From Promethearchaeota archaeon (lineage in GTDB: Archaea > Asgardarchaeota > Lokiarchaeia > Sigyniarchaeales > SOKP01): a stretch of 64,000 bases of DNA. A program made the position numbers and the translations under genes. Shown piece by piece: positions 8,636-19,180 of this stretch; the stretch's first letter is position 1; the number at the start of each line of letters is the position of its first letter. The stretch spans positions 64,001 through 128,000 of the forward strand of contig JAUVXW010000006.1 in the NCBI GenBank assembly GCA_030603385.1, written 5' to 3'. The notes beneath the pieces were generated by a model. The model ran no database searches. It had not been told where the DNA came from and saw only the letters and a list, made by a program, of their open reading frames with translations.

Positions 8636-10231
8636 ATGGTGAAAACTAAGATCCACCCCCGAGAAATTTTTGAAAGAAGTAAGGAATTTGGGGCAAAAAA
8701 TTCAGCTAGTATGTTAACGGAAATAATAGAATCAGAAGTGGATGGGAATAAAATAAGAGAAGCAATTAAATATTTAGCATTAATAAGCAATAATTCTATA
8801 GAAATTAAAGATCAATGCTTTAGCACTTTTGAAAACCTATTAATTTCTGATGAGAAAGTAGAAATTAAATGTGAAGCGGCAAAGGCTTTAGGTAGAATAA
8901 AACATGAAAAGGGATTAAAACCATTAAAATGGATATTAGAACAAAAAAAAGTTGATAATCAAATAAAATTGTCAGTTTTCAAAGCAATACGGCAAATCCG
9001 ATTTCAAGAACCTGAAGTCCAACTATTTATTAATGAATTAGATAGTAATTTCAATGCAATAAAAGATTTTATTACAATCCAATTATTAAGTCTAAATCCT
9101 GAAGATCTTATAAGTCTATTATTGGATTCGTTAAAGAATAAATACTTTTCAAATGAACATAGAGCCAAATTAGTAAAATTAATTGGATATGAATTATCAA
9201 GTATTAACATTTCTTATGACGATATAAGTTATATAGAAGTAAAATATCCAGAGATTATAACTAATCTAATTCAAAATAAAAACATTTTACTCGATGTCAT
9301 TACACTCATTTTAAGAGAAGAAGATTTAGAATTGTTGAACTCTATTATTACAATCTTAAAATTAATGGGAGAAGAGATTGAGAGCGATTTAATCAAGCTA
9401 TTATTAATCGATGATTTCATTGCTAAGAAGAATGCCATTATTTTAAGTGGGAAATTAAAACTTAAGAATGCTGTAGATCTACTAATAACTAATCTAGACA
9501 ATATTTATAATGAAGTTAGTATCGCATCGATTGAAGCTTTAGGCGAAATTGGGGATATTTCCGCAGTACCTGAGCTTTTAGATATTTTGGACATCGAAGA
9601 TATAAGTTTTGAGTATACAGATTTAGATATGAAGCTTTATATCTTAGATGCGATAAAAAAAATATATTCAAATAACAAAGACGCTTCATTTGATTATTTG
9701 TATTCTTGCCTGAAAAGAGACAATAATACAATACGAGAAAGTGTTGCTTTCATTTTAGGAGAAATAGGTAATAAAGAATTTGTAGAGCCATTAGTTAATT
9801 TGCTAGATATAAGGAATATAGATGTTAGAAAAAATACTATAATTGCTTTAGGAAAAATAGGAAATCTTGCTTCATTAGAAAATTTAATTAGGATCTTAGA
9901 GGATAAAGATTCTTATTGGCTTATTAAAAAAGTGGTTGTTGATGCAATTTATAATATATTTCAAAATAATTGGTATCGGAAAAAAGACGATGAGAAAGAT
10001 GTACAGAGATTATTAAATAAAAACATTGCGGCGCTTATTGACCATTTGGGTAATGAAACAGATGAAAATTTTAAAGTAAAAATAAGCTTAATAAAACTAT
10101 TGGAAACTTATGGAGATAATCATGCTTTAAGCGCACTGATTAAAAGGGTTAACGATTTCCACAGAGTTGTGAGAATTCGTGCATCTAATGCAATAATGAA
10201 AATTGAAGAAAGGCTCGAATTAGAAAATTAA
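8636..10231 (+). CDS. HEAT/PBS-lyase repeat protein
   Basis: Repeated AAKALGRI / IEALGEIG / AFILGEIG / IIALGKIG units. Confidence 0.85.
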   Translation: MVKTKIHPREIFERSKEFGAKNSASMLTEIIESEVDGNKIREAIKYLALISNNSIEIKDQCFSTFENLLISDEKVEIKCEAAKALGRIKHEKGLKPLKWILEQKKVDNQIKLSVFKAIRQIRFQEPEVQLFINELDSNFNAIKDFITIQLLSLNPEDLISLLLDSLKNKYFSNEHRAKLVKLIGYELSSINISYDDISYIEVKYPEIITNLIQNKNILLDVITLILREEDLELLNSIITILKLMGEEIESDLIKLLLIDDFIAKKNAIILSGKLKLKNAVDLLITNLDNIYNEVSIASIEALGEIGDISAVPELLDILDIEDISFEYTDLDMKLYILDAIKKIYSNNKDASFDYLYSCLKRDNNTIRESVAFILGEIGNKEFVEPLVNLLDIRNIDVRKNTIIALGKIGNLASLENLIRILEDKDSYWLIKKVVVDAIYNIFQNNWYRKKDDEKDVQRLLNKNIAALIDHLGNETDENFKVKISLIKLLETYGDNHALSALIKRVNDFHRVVRIRASNAIMKIEERLELEN

Positions 10232-10436
10232 TACTGTTTTTACTAAATTTTATAATTATTTGTAAACTTACTTTTCCAAAAATGTCTAATTTTATTCATT
10301 CCAAAAGCAATTAGATAACTTTAATACTTCAAAAAGATATAATGTTTAAATAGGATTATTGATACATTCACTTAATTTCTCACAGAAGGTTACAAGAAAT
10401 TCAAATATTGAAAAATAATATAAAGGTGATTTTATA

Positions 10437-11072
10437 ATAAAAAAATTTAGTAAAAAAATATCGATTTTTCCAATAATTTTGCTTAGCGTAGTCATATTCG
10501 TTTCCAGTTTTCCATTAAATGCAGCAGATGCTTATTTAGTGGATGTTGGTAAGGAATGGACGTATATGACAAAAGAACAAGGCATTTCTCAAGGCACCGA
10601 AGGAATATTGATAACTTCCGTGCCCGCTCCTCCAGCTTATCCACTTGGAGATAAATATACAAACGGTACAGCAACATTATTCAATCAAGCGATAGATGAA
10701 GAATATTTAGTAAATGATACTATGATAGCCGCGTTGGAAGCAAATTTCACTATAAAAACTAGAACTTATGCTGGTGTATCTTGTAGATGTGTTTATATTC
10801 CCAAAGAAAGAGGATTTTGGTATGTTGATACTGCAACAGGAATTATAGTAGAGACTTATGATGTTTTTATTTTATTTTTTATTGAGGAGGAAATTAAGGT
10901 TCATACTTGGGTTATTTCCTGGTCAGTTACAGACATTCCAGAAGATCCAAAAGAACCCTCTACTGGTGGTGGTGATGAAATTCCAGGATATGATATTTTG
11001 TTCATTATCGGATTAATAGCTGTTATTTCAACTGTATTAACAATAGGATTTAAAAAAAAGTTTAAAACTTAA
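10437..11072 (+). CDS. Secreted protein with IPGY-type (Loki-CTERM-like) C-terminal anchor; probable ATA start
   Basis: GGTGA at 10425-10429 is followed by ATA ATA AAA AAA..., giving a KKFSKK signal n-region. C-terminus is EIPGYDILFIIGLIAVISTVLTIGFKKK. Confidence 0.7.
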   Translation: MKKFSKKISIFPIILLSVVIFVSSFPLNAADAYLVDVGKEWTYMTKEQGISQGTEGILITSVPAPPAYPLGDKYTNGTATLFNQAIDEEYLVNDTMIAALEANFTIKTRTYAGVSCRCVYIPKERGFWYVDTATGIIVETYDVFILFFIEEEIKVHTWVISWSVTDIPEDPKEPSTGGGDEIPGYDILFIIGLIAVISTVLTIGFKKKFKT

Positions 11073-11099
11073 AAATTAAATAGGTACAATTAGATTTAA

Positions 11100-11136
11100 T
11101 GGGGGATTTTTAATTCCTTCTTTTTTTTTTTTTTTT
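11100..11136 (+). terminator. Hairpin plus long U-tract terminator candidate
   Basis: GGGGGATT...AATTCCTTC followed by a long T run just after the stop of the upstream gene. Confidence 0.5.
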
Positions 11137-11259
11137 GACTAAAATTTCAAAAAACAGATTTTGTTCTCTTTTAATTAATAATCTTTTTTTAAAAAAATCC
11201 ATTCTATCTTAATTAGCCTATTATCAATAAATTAAATATACAGATTACTGGAAAATAAA

Positions 11260-12753
11260 ATGACAGAGAATAATTCAGAAAAAACTGAAACTCAATATGA
11301 TTATTCCTTTGAGTATATCCAGAAGAAACTTGAAGGTAAGAAAGACAGCTTCGGCATGCTCATGAAAGAGATCGTTCGCACAGGGGTTTGTACAGAATGC
11401 GGAACTTGTGCTGCTGTTTGTCCAGTTTTGGAATGGGATCATATAGCAGGACAACCAAAACTTATAGGTAAATGTACTGGTTGCGGAATATGTTATAATC
11501 AATGCCCACGGACTATTACTGATCCATATATTTTAATGGGGGAGTTTAGAACAGGATATGTCGCAAATACCAATATTCCAGAAGTAATTGGAGGTCAGGA
11601 TGGAGGAACAGTGACAAGTATACTTTGCTATTTATTTGATGAACATTTAATTGATGCCGCGGTCGTAACAATGAAAGATCCTAGTAACCCGTGGCATCCG
11701 GTTGCTCAAATCATTACAAGTAAAGAAGATGCCATTAAGTCTTCAGGATCTATTTATAGTCACTCCCAAACAGTTGAGGCCCTAATGGATGCTATTCGAC
11801 AGGATTTTAGATCAATAGCATTCGTAGGCACCCCGTGTAATATAGATGCTGTGAAAAAAATGTTCGATAGCCCTACTGGAATGTTGAAATATTTCATGCG
11901 TGCTCATGTCCTTTCCATCGGACTTTTCTGCATGGATTCATTTGCACCTGAAGTAATTTATCCATTTTTTGAAAAAGATGGCATTGATTTATCAAAAGTA
12001 CAAAAAATGGATATTAACAAAGGTAAATTTCATTTATATTATGATCCACAAGCAGAACCCGTAAAATCATATACAATCAAACAATTGGACAAGTTTAAAG
12101 CCTCAAGTTGTAATTTCTGTACAGATCTTACAGCTGAAAATGCAGATATATCAGTTGGATCAGTTGGAAGTGGAGCAAATAAAAATACCGTGTTTGCCCG
12201 AACTGGAATTGGCACAGAAATTATGGAAGACGCTGCGGAGAAAGGATACTTAAAAATAGAACCATTTAATGCGATTAATCTAAATGCTGTATTATTCTTA
12301 GCTAAGCTTAAAAAAGTTTCTCAATATAACATTCAAAAAAGAAAGGTATTTATAGTGAGAGATCTGGCTGAGAAAGAAGAAGCAAGAATCGAAACTAAAC
12401 CAGAAGCAGAGCAAATATCTGTTAAACCTCCGCTTGGAACAAGAAAATTTCTCAGTGTTTCAAAGACTTTAAATGAAGTAGACCAGATATTATCTCTCTC
12501 TCTAACAAATACAATAGGTTATGTATTAGAAGACCTTAAAATACGTGTTGTTACTGTCGAGGAACTCTTTGAGAAAAGACCCTGGATTACAACTATTAAG
12601 GAATTATTTCCATTCGAAACAATTGAAATAGGATACCCTTTAGAAATAAAGGAAGGTGAACCAATCGTAGCAAATATATTAGTAGACGCATCAACTGAAA
12701 CTTTTGGCAAGATTTTTTCCAGAACTTTTAAATTAGCACCAAAAGAAGACTAA
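11260..12753 (+). CDS. Coenzyme F420 hydrogenase/dehydrogenase beta subunit family protein with extra C-terminal domain
   Basis: Two CxxCxxCxxxCP motifs, GQDGGTVT, VGTPC, IGLFC and CNFCTD...ADISVGSVGS. Confidence 0.85.
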   Translation: MTENNSEKTETQYDYSFEYIQKKLEGKKDSFGMLMKEIVRTGVCTECGTCAAVCPVLEWDHIAGQPKLIGKCTGCGICYNQCPRTITDPYILMGEFRTGYVANTNIPEVIGGQDGGTVTSILCYLFDEHLIDAAVVTMKDPSNPWHPVAQIITSKEDAIKSSGSIYSHSQTVEALMDAIRQDFRSIAFVGTPCNIDAVKKMFDSPTGMLKYFMRAHVLSIGLFCMDSFAPEVIYPFFEKDGIDLSKVQKMDINKGKFHLYYDPQAEPVKSYTIKQLDKFKASSCNFCTDLTAENADISVGSVGSGANKNTVFARTGIGTEIMEDAAEKGYLKIEPFNAINLNAVLFLAKLKKVSQYNIQKRKVFIVRDLAEKEEARIETKPEAEQISVKPPLGTRKFLSVSKTLNEVDQILSLSLTNTIGYVLEDLKIRVVTVEELFEKRPWITTIKELFPFETIEIGYPLEIKEGEPIVANILVDASTETFGKIFSRTFKLAPKED

Positions 12754-12831
12754 ATAAAATTTTATTAGAAAAGTTTAATGAAATAAATTATTATAAAAAT
12801 TAAAAACAGAAAAGAAAAAAGGTGAAAAACC

Positions 12832-13740
12832 ATAAAAATTTCTTTAGTGGGATTAAGTGGTTGTGGAAAGACAAGTGTCTATTCGGTCGCGTTTGCAGCG
12901 AAATCTCCGGAAGACACAAAGGGATTAAGCCCGACTATATTATATGAAACTCGAAGGCATCCATTCCTTGGATTACAGGTTGGAATCTTTGATTTTGGGG
13001 GACAGGAGGAATTCAGGAAAGAATATCTCGAAAAACCTGAGATTTTTCGAGGGACAGACGTTCTCATTCCGATCGTTGATTTACATGAACCTAATACTTT
13101 CGAAGAAGCAAAAGAATATTTCATTGATTTACTAGATCTCTATCGAAAAAATAATGAAAAACCTAGAGTCTTCCTATTTTTACATAAATATGATGTTGAA
13201 GATTATCAGAAAGAGCTTCTCGATACTAACGTAAGAAGATCAAAAGAAATCTTCTTAGATATATTTAAGGACTACGATTTTGATTTTATGCTTACAAGTA
13301 TCTATGAACAGGATAAATTAGCTAAAGTGTTTAGAGATATCTTAATATCACAATATGCTGAATTAAAGGATCATGTAGAAAAGGCAGAGAAACAACTTGA
13401 TGATATTAAAGCTAAAGTAATTATCGCGGATATTTCTGGTAATGTAATAGTTCATAATGTTCAAGGAGTAAGCAGTGGTTTAACTTTAAGAGGGGATCTA
13501 AGAGATTTTATTAATGCTTGTAATACTGTTAGAGAAAATATTTTTATGTCAGACTCAGCAAAGTTTGGAGGTAGAGACGGTGATGGTAAAGAAATTGAGC
13601 TTCATATCTTTAAATATATCATATCGGTGATGGTAATGAAATCTGGAGATTTAGATAGAGATTCTCAGGATAAATTGAATATATTATTAAATGATATGAA
13701 ATTATTTGCTGATCTTATTATTTCAGCTCATACAGATTAA
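12832..13740 (+). CDS. Small Ras-superfamily GTPase (Rag/Arf-like) with C-terminal roadblock/longin-like domain; probable ATA start
   Basis: KISLVGLSGCGKTS P-loop, DFGGQ (G3) and HKYD (G4). GGTGA lies 6 nt before ATA 12832 and contains an in-frame TGA. Confidence 0.8.
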   Translation: MKISLVGLSGCGKTSVYSVAFAAKSPEDTKGLSPTILYETRRHPFLGLQVGIFDFGGQEEFRKEYLEKPEIFRGTDVLIPIVDLHEPNTFEEAKEYFIDLLDLYRKNNEKPRVFLFLHKYDVEDYQKELLDTNVRRSKEIFLDIFKDYDFDFMLTSIYEQDKLAKVFRDILISQYAELKDHVEKAEKQLDDIKAKVIIADISGNVIVHNVQGVSSGLTLRGDLRDFINACNTVRENIFMSDSAKFGGRDGDGKEIELHIFKYIISVMVMKSGDLDRDSQDKLNILLNDMKLFADLIISAHTD

Positions 13741-13823
13741 TGTAAATAGATGTAACGGCAAAATTTTTTCCTTATTCTTTATTTTTTTATCGATTATTAT
13801 ATCTTTCAAGTTCATATAAAATT

Positions 13824-14162
13824 CTATAAATTTTTTCTAATTTTATCAAGAGTTTCTTTTGTTTCAGGTGATCTTTCAAAGGATTTATCAAGTTCCTCAC
13901 ATGGATAATGAATACAATAAGCACAATTCCTTACTTTTTTACCCATAACACATTTTCGAATTGGACAAATATCACACCAACTAAAGCGTTGCCCATCTTC
14001 GGTACAACCAACACAGTCAATTTCTTCCGGGTTAAACTTTATCTCATCATTAGACCATTCAGAAGCAATTCGTTCTAAGGCTTTATTATCACCTTGTTGA
14101 GTTGCAATATAAGCAGGGCATGCAAGGCAGTCTAATCCGCAAAACGAAATCTTTTCATCCAT
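13824..14162 (-). CDS. DUF3795-type Cys-rich protein
   Basis: CGLDCLACPAY...CVGC...CPIRKC...CAYC..YPC pattern. Confidence 0.8.
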   Translation of the reverse strand: MDEKISFCGLDCLACPAYIATQQGDNKALERIASEWSNDEIKFNPEEIDCVGCTEDGQRFSWCDICPIRKCVMGKKVRNCAYCIHYPCEELDKSFERSPETKETLDKIRKNL

Positions 14163-14294
14163 AATTTACTCAGGCTCAACAGCATTATTTTGAAGAAAAA
14201 TTAGTTTTTATTATAAATTTAAGGAATCATATATATTATTTTTATGGCAATATTTACATGTAATTATATTGCTACTAACATTAGATAGGTAACG

Positions 14295-14894
14295 ATGAAA
14301 ATGGTACAACGTTGCGAATGGGCTGAATTCAATGATTTAATGAAAAAATATCACGATAAAGAGTGGTGTACACCAATTCATAATGATCGAATTCTTTTTG
14401 AATTCTTAATGTTGGAAGGGGCTCAAGCAGGCTTAAGTTGGAATACAATCTTGCAAAAGCGTGAAAATTTCAGAAAGGTATTTGATGGTTTTGATTATAA
14501 AACAATAGCTAAATATAATGAGAAAAAAGTAGAAGAATTACTTAATGATACAGGTATTATAAGAAATAGACTTAAAATCGAAGCTGCCATTTCTAATGCT
14601 AAGGCTTTGTTAGAAGTTCAAAATGAGTTTGGTTCTTTTAGTAATTATATATGGAAATTTGTAAATGATAAACCAATAATTAATAAATTTAAAACTTTAG
14701 AAGAATTACCCTCAAAAACAGAGCAATCAGAGTTAATAAGTAAGGATCTAAAGAAACGAGGATTCAAATTTGTTGGGCCAACAATAATTTATAGTTTTAT
14801 GCAAGCAGTAGGAATGACAAATGATCATACAACTGATTGTTTTAGATATAAAGAGATAAACAAAACTACCAAAAATAATGCTAGAATCAATTAG
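14295..14894 (+). CDS. tag: DNA-3-methyladenine glycosylase I
   Basis: RCEW, YHDKEW, LEGAQAGLSW, IIRNRLKI, GFKFVGPT and NDHTTDC. Confidence 0.95.
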   Translation: MKMVQRCEWAEFNDLMKKYHDKEWCTPIHNDRILFEFLMLEGAQAGLSWNTILQKRENFRKVFDGFDYKTIAKYNEKKVEELLNDTGIIRNRLKIEAAISNAKALLEVQNEFGSFSNYIWKFVNDKPIINKFKTLEELPSKTEQSELISKDLKKRGFKFVGPTIIYSFMQAVGMTNDHTTDCFRYKEINKTTKNNARIN

Positions 14895-15052
14895 ATTCAA
14901 TATTTTAATTTTTAATGAAATTTATGAAAATTTATGTATTTAATCTTTGCTTTATTTATTTCCAATTTTGGATAAAAGATAGAGATCAAAGAATTATTGA
15001 GAATTTAATAAGAAAGTTTTTATTTATTTTAAATAGATTGTAAAGTGATTAT

Positions 15053-15244
15053 ATGAGATGCGAGGGCTGCCTCAAGAGAGAGAATTTATTTATGTGTTTT
15101 TTTACTGATAGAAGTAAGGAAGTATATTACTGTGCTAAGTGTTTGGGTAAGTTATTAATAGAAAATCCGCATCCAATTTATAACATGAGTAAACTTCAGT
15201 ATACTTGGAATAAAACTGAAGCTCCTAAAAAAGAATCAAACTAA
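15053..15244 (+). CDS. Small putative zinc-binding protein
   Basis: 63 aa with CEGC...CAKC. Confidence 0.55.
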   Translation: MRCEGCLKRENLFMCFFTDRSKEVYYCAKCLGKLLIENPHPIYNMSKLQYTWNKTEAPKKESN

Positions 15245-15264
15245 ATTTCACTTTTCTCAAGTTA

Positions 15265-15993
15265 TTAGTCTGTGTTTAAGATTAATTTATTTAAATCTTC
15301 AAGGGTTCCACGGTAATCTGGCTCAGGAATATTGATTTCTAATTTAGTGTAGGGGTTATCTACTAAAAAAGTGTGAATCCCTAAACGTGCCGAGATTAAA
15401 TCTTTATCTTCATCACCAACCATCAAACAAGCTTCTGCGGGATAACCAATTTTATTTAATGTTTGTTCATAATAAAGCAGGTTGGAAGTTGATTTGGTTG
15501 CATAGCTGTTTTCAATTGTTGTTATCAAACGATATGGAAAATCTACAACTCCTGCCCATTCTAGACGTTGTTCAATAGCAATTGCGGGAAGAAGAGGTGT
15601 AGTAGCGATAACAATATCATAACCTTTATCTAAAACTGCTTGAATAACTTTTCGTGCCTCTGGTTTTCTACGTGCATACTGACGCAACTTAGGAAAATCT
15701 TGTTCATAAAACTTGTCGAAGTATGGGTCAAGTTCTTCACGAGAGTATCCTTCCAAAGGGAAGAATGTATTTTCATAAACCTCCTCGTTTGTTAGACAAC
15801 CATCATTTTCTTCTACTGCTTTCGAAGCTTTCAAAATTTTTGCTATGAATTTTTTTGGAGAAATGAGATGAGCTACGCTCTGAGAAAGAAGTCTTAAGTA
15901 TTGAGATACAAACATATCTAAATTAATTTCAAGCAGAGTGCCATCTAGGTCAAATAGTATAGCTTTGATATTCTTGTCTAGAGATTCCTTCAT
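15265..15993 (-). CDS. HAD-superfamily hydrolase
   Basis: FDLDGTL motif I and CLMVGD motif IV. Confidence 0.9.
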   Translation of the reverse strand: MKESLDKNIKAILFDLDGTLLEINLDMFVSQYLRLLSQSVAHLISPKKFIAKILKASKAVEENDGCLTNEEVYENTFFPLEGYSREELDPYFDKFYEQDFPKLRQYARRKPEARKVIQAVLDKGYDIVIATTPLLPAIAIEQRLEWAGVVDFPYRLITTIENSYATKSTSNLLYYEQTLNKIGYPAEACLMVGDEDKDLISARLGIHTFLVDNPYTKLEINIPEPDYRGTLEDLNKLILNTD

Positions 15994-16261
15994 TATTTAA
16001 TAATACAGTATGATCTTTTGTTATAGTAATTACATATAGTAATTGAGCCTATTTACTTTTTCGCAATTCTTAATTTTCATTTCATAGAAATCTGCAATGA
16101 ACGAAAGTAAATAAAAAAGTTAACAAATTTGATAAAAAATCTTAAATAAAAAAAGGATTTACCTATATCGTCAAATCTTAACAATTGATAATAAAAAGTT
16201 TTTATAAAAATCTATCTTTTTATAAAATTAATATAAAAAATTACAAAGAATCTTTTTAGAC

Positions 16262-17476
16262 TTGGTAAAATTACAGTTAACTGATTTAAATAAAGGGTCT
16301 GTATTCATTGGGGATAAACTAAATATCAAAACTCAATTCAAATTCGAAGAAGATACTGATATTTTATGGAGTGGCATTAGATTAATAACAAATCCTCCTT
16401 GTCTAAAAGAAGTACAAGTCTCAAAAGAAGAGATTTTTTCAAAAGGACACTTTGAAGCAGGAGAGTATATTAGAGAGAAATCTATTCTAATCAAAACTAA
16501 CGTTGTACCCACAATTAAAAACAGAAACTTAAATTATTACTTAAAATTGATCCTAAGACAACCTAATCCTCTTAATCCAGAAGATGATTTAGTTATTAAT
16601 AAATCCCATGATATAGAGATAAAAGCAAAAGAATCAGGTTTCCAAGCAAAAATTCCAAAACCGATCTCTTTTTCTATCTCAGGATTAAATATTTTACTTA
16701 GTAAGGATGTATTTAAACCTGGAGAAACGATTAAAATCAACTTTTCTTCAGAAGAACTAAGAGAACTCGAAGTAAGGTTATTGCAAGATGCAAATGTTGT
16801 TTGTCATTGCGAGGCGTATGGGCAAACTTGTAGTAAAGTAGATGAATTACCCCCCGCTATCGCTGGGGATGTTCGAACTACTAATTTTGAAAAAGACTTT
16901 CTATTACTTAAAGTTCCTGAGATTGCTGAACCATCCTATAATTATATTTATTCCCCATCTGAAAAAGAACAATTTGGCTTTAGATACGGAGCATACACAC
17001 AATGGAGTTTATTATTCATTGGAAAAAAGAAACCTGAATATGGTATAGAACCGGTTAGATTTGAAGTCCCTATATCTATAGCATCTACTCCCTTGGTTGA
17101 AGAGAAGGTAGGTGTAGACTTATTTACGGGAGAAACTTCTGGAGTATCATCCTTATTTGATGGGATATCTTCTAAGTTTCAAAAAACCTATAAGGTTATT
17201 TCGATTGATTCTGACATTGATAAATATAAATTAAGGATTAAGAATATCTCTAAAGAGGATCTTCATGGAGTTGCGGTTAAGATTTTAGGATTACAGGAGG
17301 GTTTATTTGAGACATCACCAAGTTTAACTGGTTTTAATATTTGGAAAAAGGGTGAAGAAAAAGAAATAGTCTATGAGATTAAGCAAGATATTTCAGCGCT
17401 TATTTTAATAATAGAAGATAATACCCAACAGAGTATTAGGATTCAATCACCCGTATCAACTACAAGCTTTTTCTAA
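16262..17476 (+). CDS. Hypothetical protein, possibly arrestin/Vps26-like beta-sandwich fold
   Basis: Beta-rich two-lobed pattern (SVFIGDKLNIK...GHFEAGEY; LSKDVFKPGETIKINF...LEVRLLQ). The fold assignment is inference. Confidence 0.5.
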   Translation: MVKLQLTDLNKGSVFIGDKLNIKTQFKFEEDTDILWSGIRLITNPPCLKEVQVSKEEIFSKGHFEAGEYIREKSILIKTNVVPTIKNRNLNYYLKLILRQPNPLNPEDDLVINKSHDIEIKAKESGFQAKIPKPISFSISGLNILLSKDVFKPGETIKINFSSEELRELEVRLLQDANVVCHCEAYGQTCSKVDELPPAIAGDVRTTNFEKDFLLLKVPEIAEPSYNYIYSPSEKEQFGFRYGAYTQWSLLFIGKKKPEYGIEPVRFEVPISIASTPLVEEKVGVDLFTGETSGVSSLFDGISSKFQKTYKVISIDSDIDKYKLRIKNISKEDLHGVAVKILGLQEGLFETSPSLTGFNIWKKGEEKEIVYEIKQDISALILIIEDNTQQSIRIQSPVSTTSFF

Positions 17477-17494
17477 AAACATTATTAGTGTAAA

Positions 17495-18088
17495 TTAATT
17501 TATTGCTGAGATTAATTTATGGTCATAATATTTTTTCAGGATTAACCTTAGAATATCTTCGAAGCATTCTAAAATCCCTTCTCCGCTTATAGCAATAGTA
17601 TACTTTGAATCTATATTTTTATATTTATGAAAATCAATCTGTTTTAAGAATCTTGTTGAAGCAAATTTATTTGGCAAATCTTGTTTATTAAAAGCAACTA
17701 AAATTGGGAGATCATCAAGTGAATCACCAAAGTAAGAGATTAATTCCCTCCATGAAATCATATTTCGTTCATAAACTTCTCTTTGTGAGTCGAGAACAAA
17801 TATAATACCATCTACAGCTTTTAAGGTAATTGGTCTAGTTATTAAATAGAAATTTTGACCTGTAGTAGTATAAACGCTAATTTTAAGAATCCAATCTTGA
17901 TTTTGAAAGGAAACTGTTCCATAATCAAAAAATAGAGTCCGATTTAATGTACTTTCAATACTAAGAATCTTTTCTTCTTTCCCAAAATGAGAAAATAACG
18001 TTTTAATTGATGTAGTCTTTCCTGATAACGCCGGTCCAAAATAAACTATTTTAATACATATTGTCTTATCAACATGATCTATAATCAA
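17495..18088 (-). CDS. MglA-like small GTPase
   Basis: IKIVYFGPALSGKTT, RTLFFDY, TGQ, DGIIFVLDSQ and NKQD. Confidence 0.85.
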   Translation of the reverse strand: MIIDHVDKTICIKIVYFGPALSGKTTSIKTLFSHFGKEEKILSIESTLNRTLFFDYGTVSFQNQDWILKISVYTTTGQNFYLITRPITLKAVDGIIFVLDSQREVYERNMISWRELISYFGDSLDDLPILVAFNKQDLPNKFASTRFLKQIDFHKYKNIDSKYTIAISGEGILECFEDILRLILKKYYDHKLISAIN

Positions 18089-18204
18089 ATAAAAAACAAC
18101 TTGATCTTTTTTTGATCATTAATTTTAAAATAGATTTAAAAAAACCAATAATTTTTTATCAGATTTTAGATATAAAAAGGAAAAAATAGATTTTAAACTT
18201 CATT

Positions 18205-18603
18205 TTATTGTGGAACAGATTTTAAGATTATTGTATCTTTATCGATTTTACAATATAACTTATTTCTTAATATTAAAAGCTCAACTTCTCTTCTCAAAAT
18301 TTGGTCATTGAGGTTTAAATTATATTTGTCTTTTAACTCTTGATTGAGTTCTTCAAAGGAGATTGATTTCTTTTTATCCGAAATGTTTTTGAGATGGTTA
18401 AGAATTATTTGTTGATTATAAACTGACCTACAGTTGGAATCTAGTTGATATAGTTGATGTATTACATCGTAATTATAGTCGTATCCGCTATTTTTTTCAG
18501 TTTTTTTTAATTTATCTAAAATTTGTATCGCATCAAAATAATTCTCTTGAGTCATTAATCCCCTTACATCATTCAATTTTTCAATGAATTCTTTAGGATT
18601 CAT
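18205..18603 (-). CDS. Helical-repeat plus winged-helix protein (PCI-domain-like)
   Basis: C-terminal SISFEEL...VELLILRNKLYCKID resembles the PCI winged helix. Confidence 0.55.
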   Translation of the reverse strand: MNPKEFIEKLNDVRGLMTQENYFDAIQILDKLKKTEKNSGYDYNYDVIHQLYQLDSNCRSVYNQQIILNHLKNISDKKKSISFEELNQELKDKYNLNLNDQILRREVELLILRNKLYCKIDKDTIILKSVPQ

Positions 18604-18685
18604 GATAATTATTAAATTTAAATTATTGATCAGTCAAATTTGATTTAAAAAGGGGAAAATAAAAAATTTAATTTTTATAGATTCG

Positions 18686-18916
18686 TTAAAATGGAACACT
18701 GATTACTTCTTTAACTTCTGGAATGTGTGTTTTTAAAGCTCGTTCAATACCGAACTTCACTGTTTGTTGGCTCATTGGACATCCAGCGCAATGACCCATT
18801 AAGCGAACTTTAACAGTTCCATCGTCTTCCACTGAAACTAACTCGACGTCGCCTCCATCCATTTGTAATTGAGGACGAATCTTCTCAAGGATTGCCTTAA
18901 CTTTTTCTTTATCCAT
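18686..18916 (-). CDS. NifU C-terminal/Nfu-type Fe-S carrier
   Basis: IRPQLQMDGGDVELV...GHCAGCPMS. Confidence 0.92.
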   Translation of the reverse strand: MDKEKVKAILEKIRPQLQMDGGDVELVSVEDDGTVKVRLMGHCAGCPMSQQTVKFGIERALKTHIPEVKEVISVPF

Positions 18917-19180
18917 AATCTCTACACTTAGCTATATTATATTCTTTAATATAAAAAAGGATAACTATCTTTTAAAGGGTTGTTTTTATATTTTATTAAC
19001 TTTTACTCAAAATATTTTTACCACATAGTAGAAAGAGATGAATTAGTTTTAGTACCAAAGTGTTAGTCATATTTTAGAATATTTTAGCAAAGATCTCTAA
19101 TTCCAATAATTTTTAAAAAAGTTAATTATTTGTCATTGATTACTTACTTTATATTTTAAAATTGACGTTTTGTAAAAATT

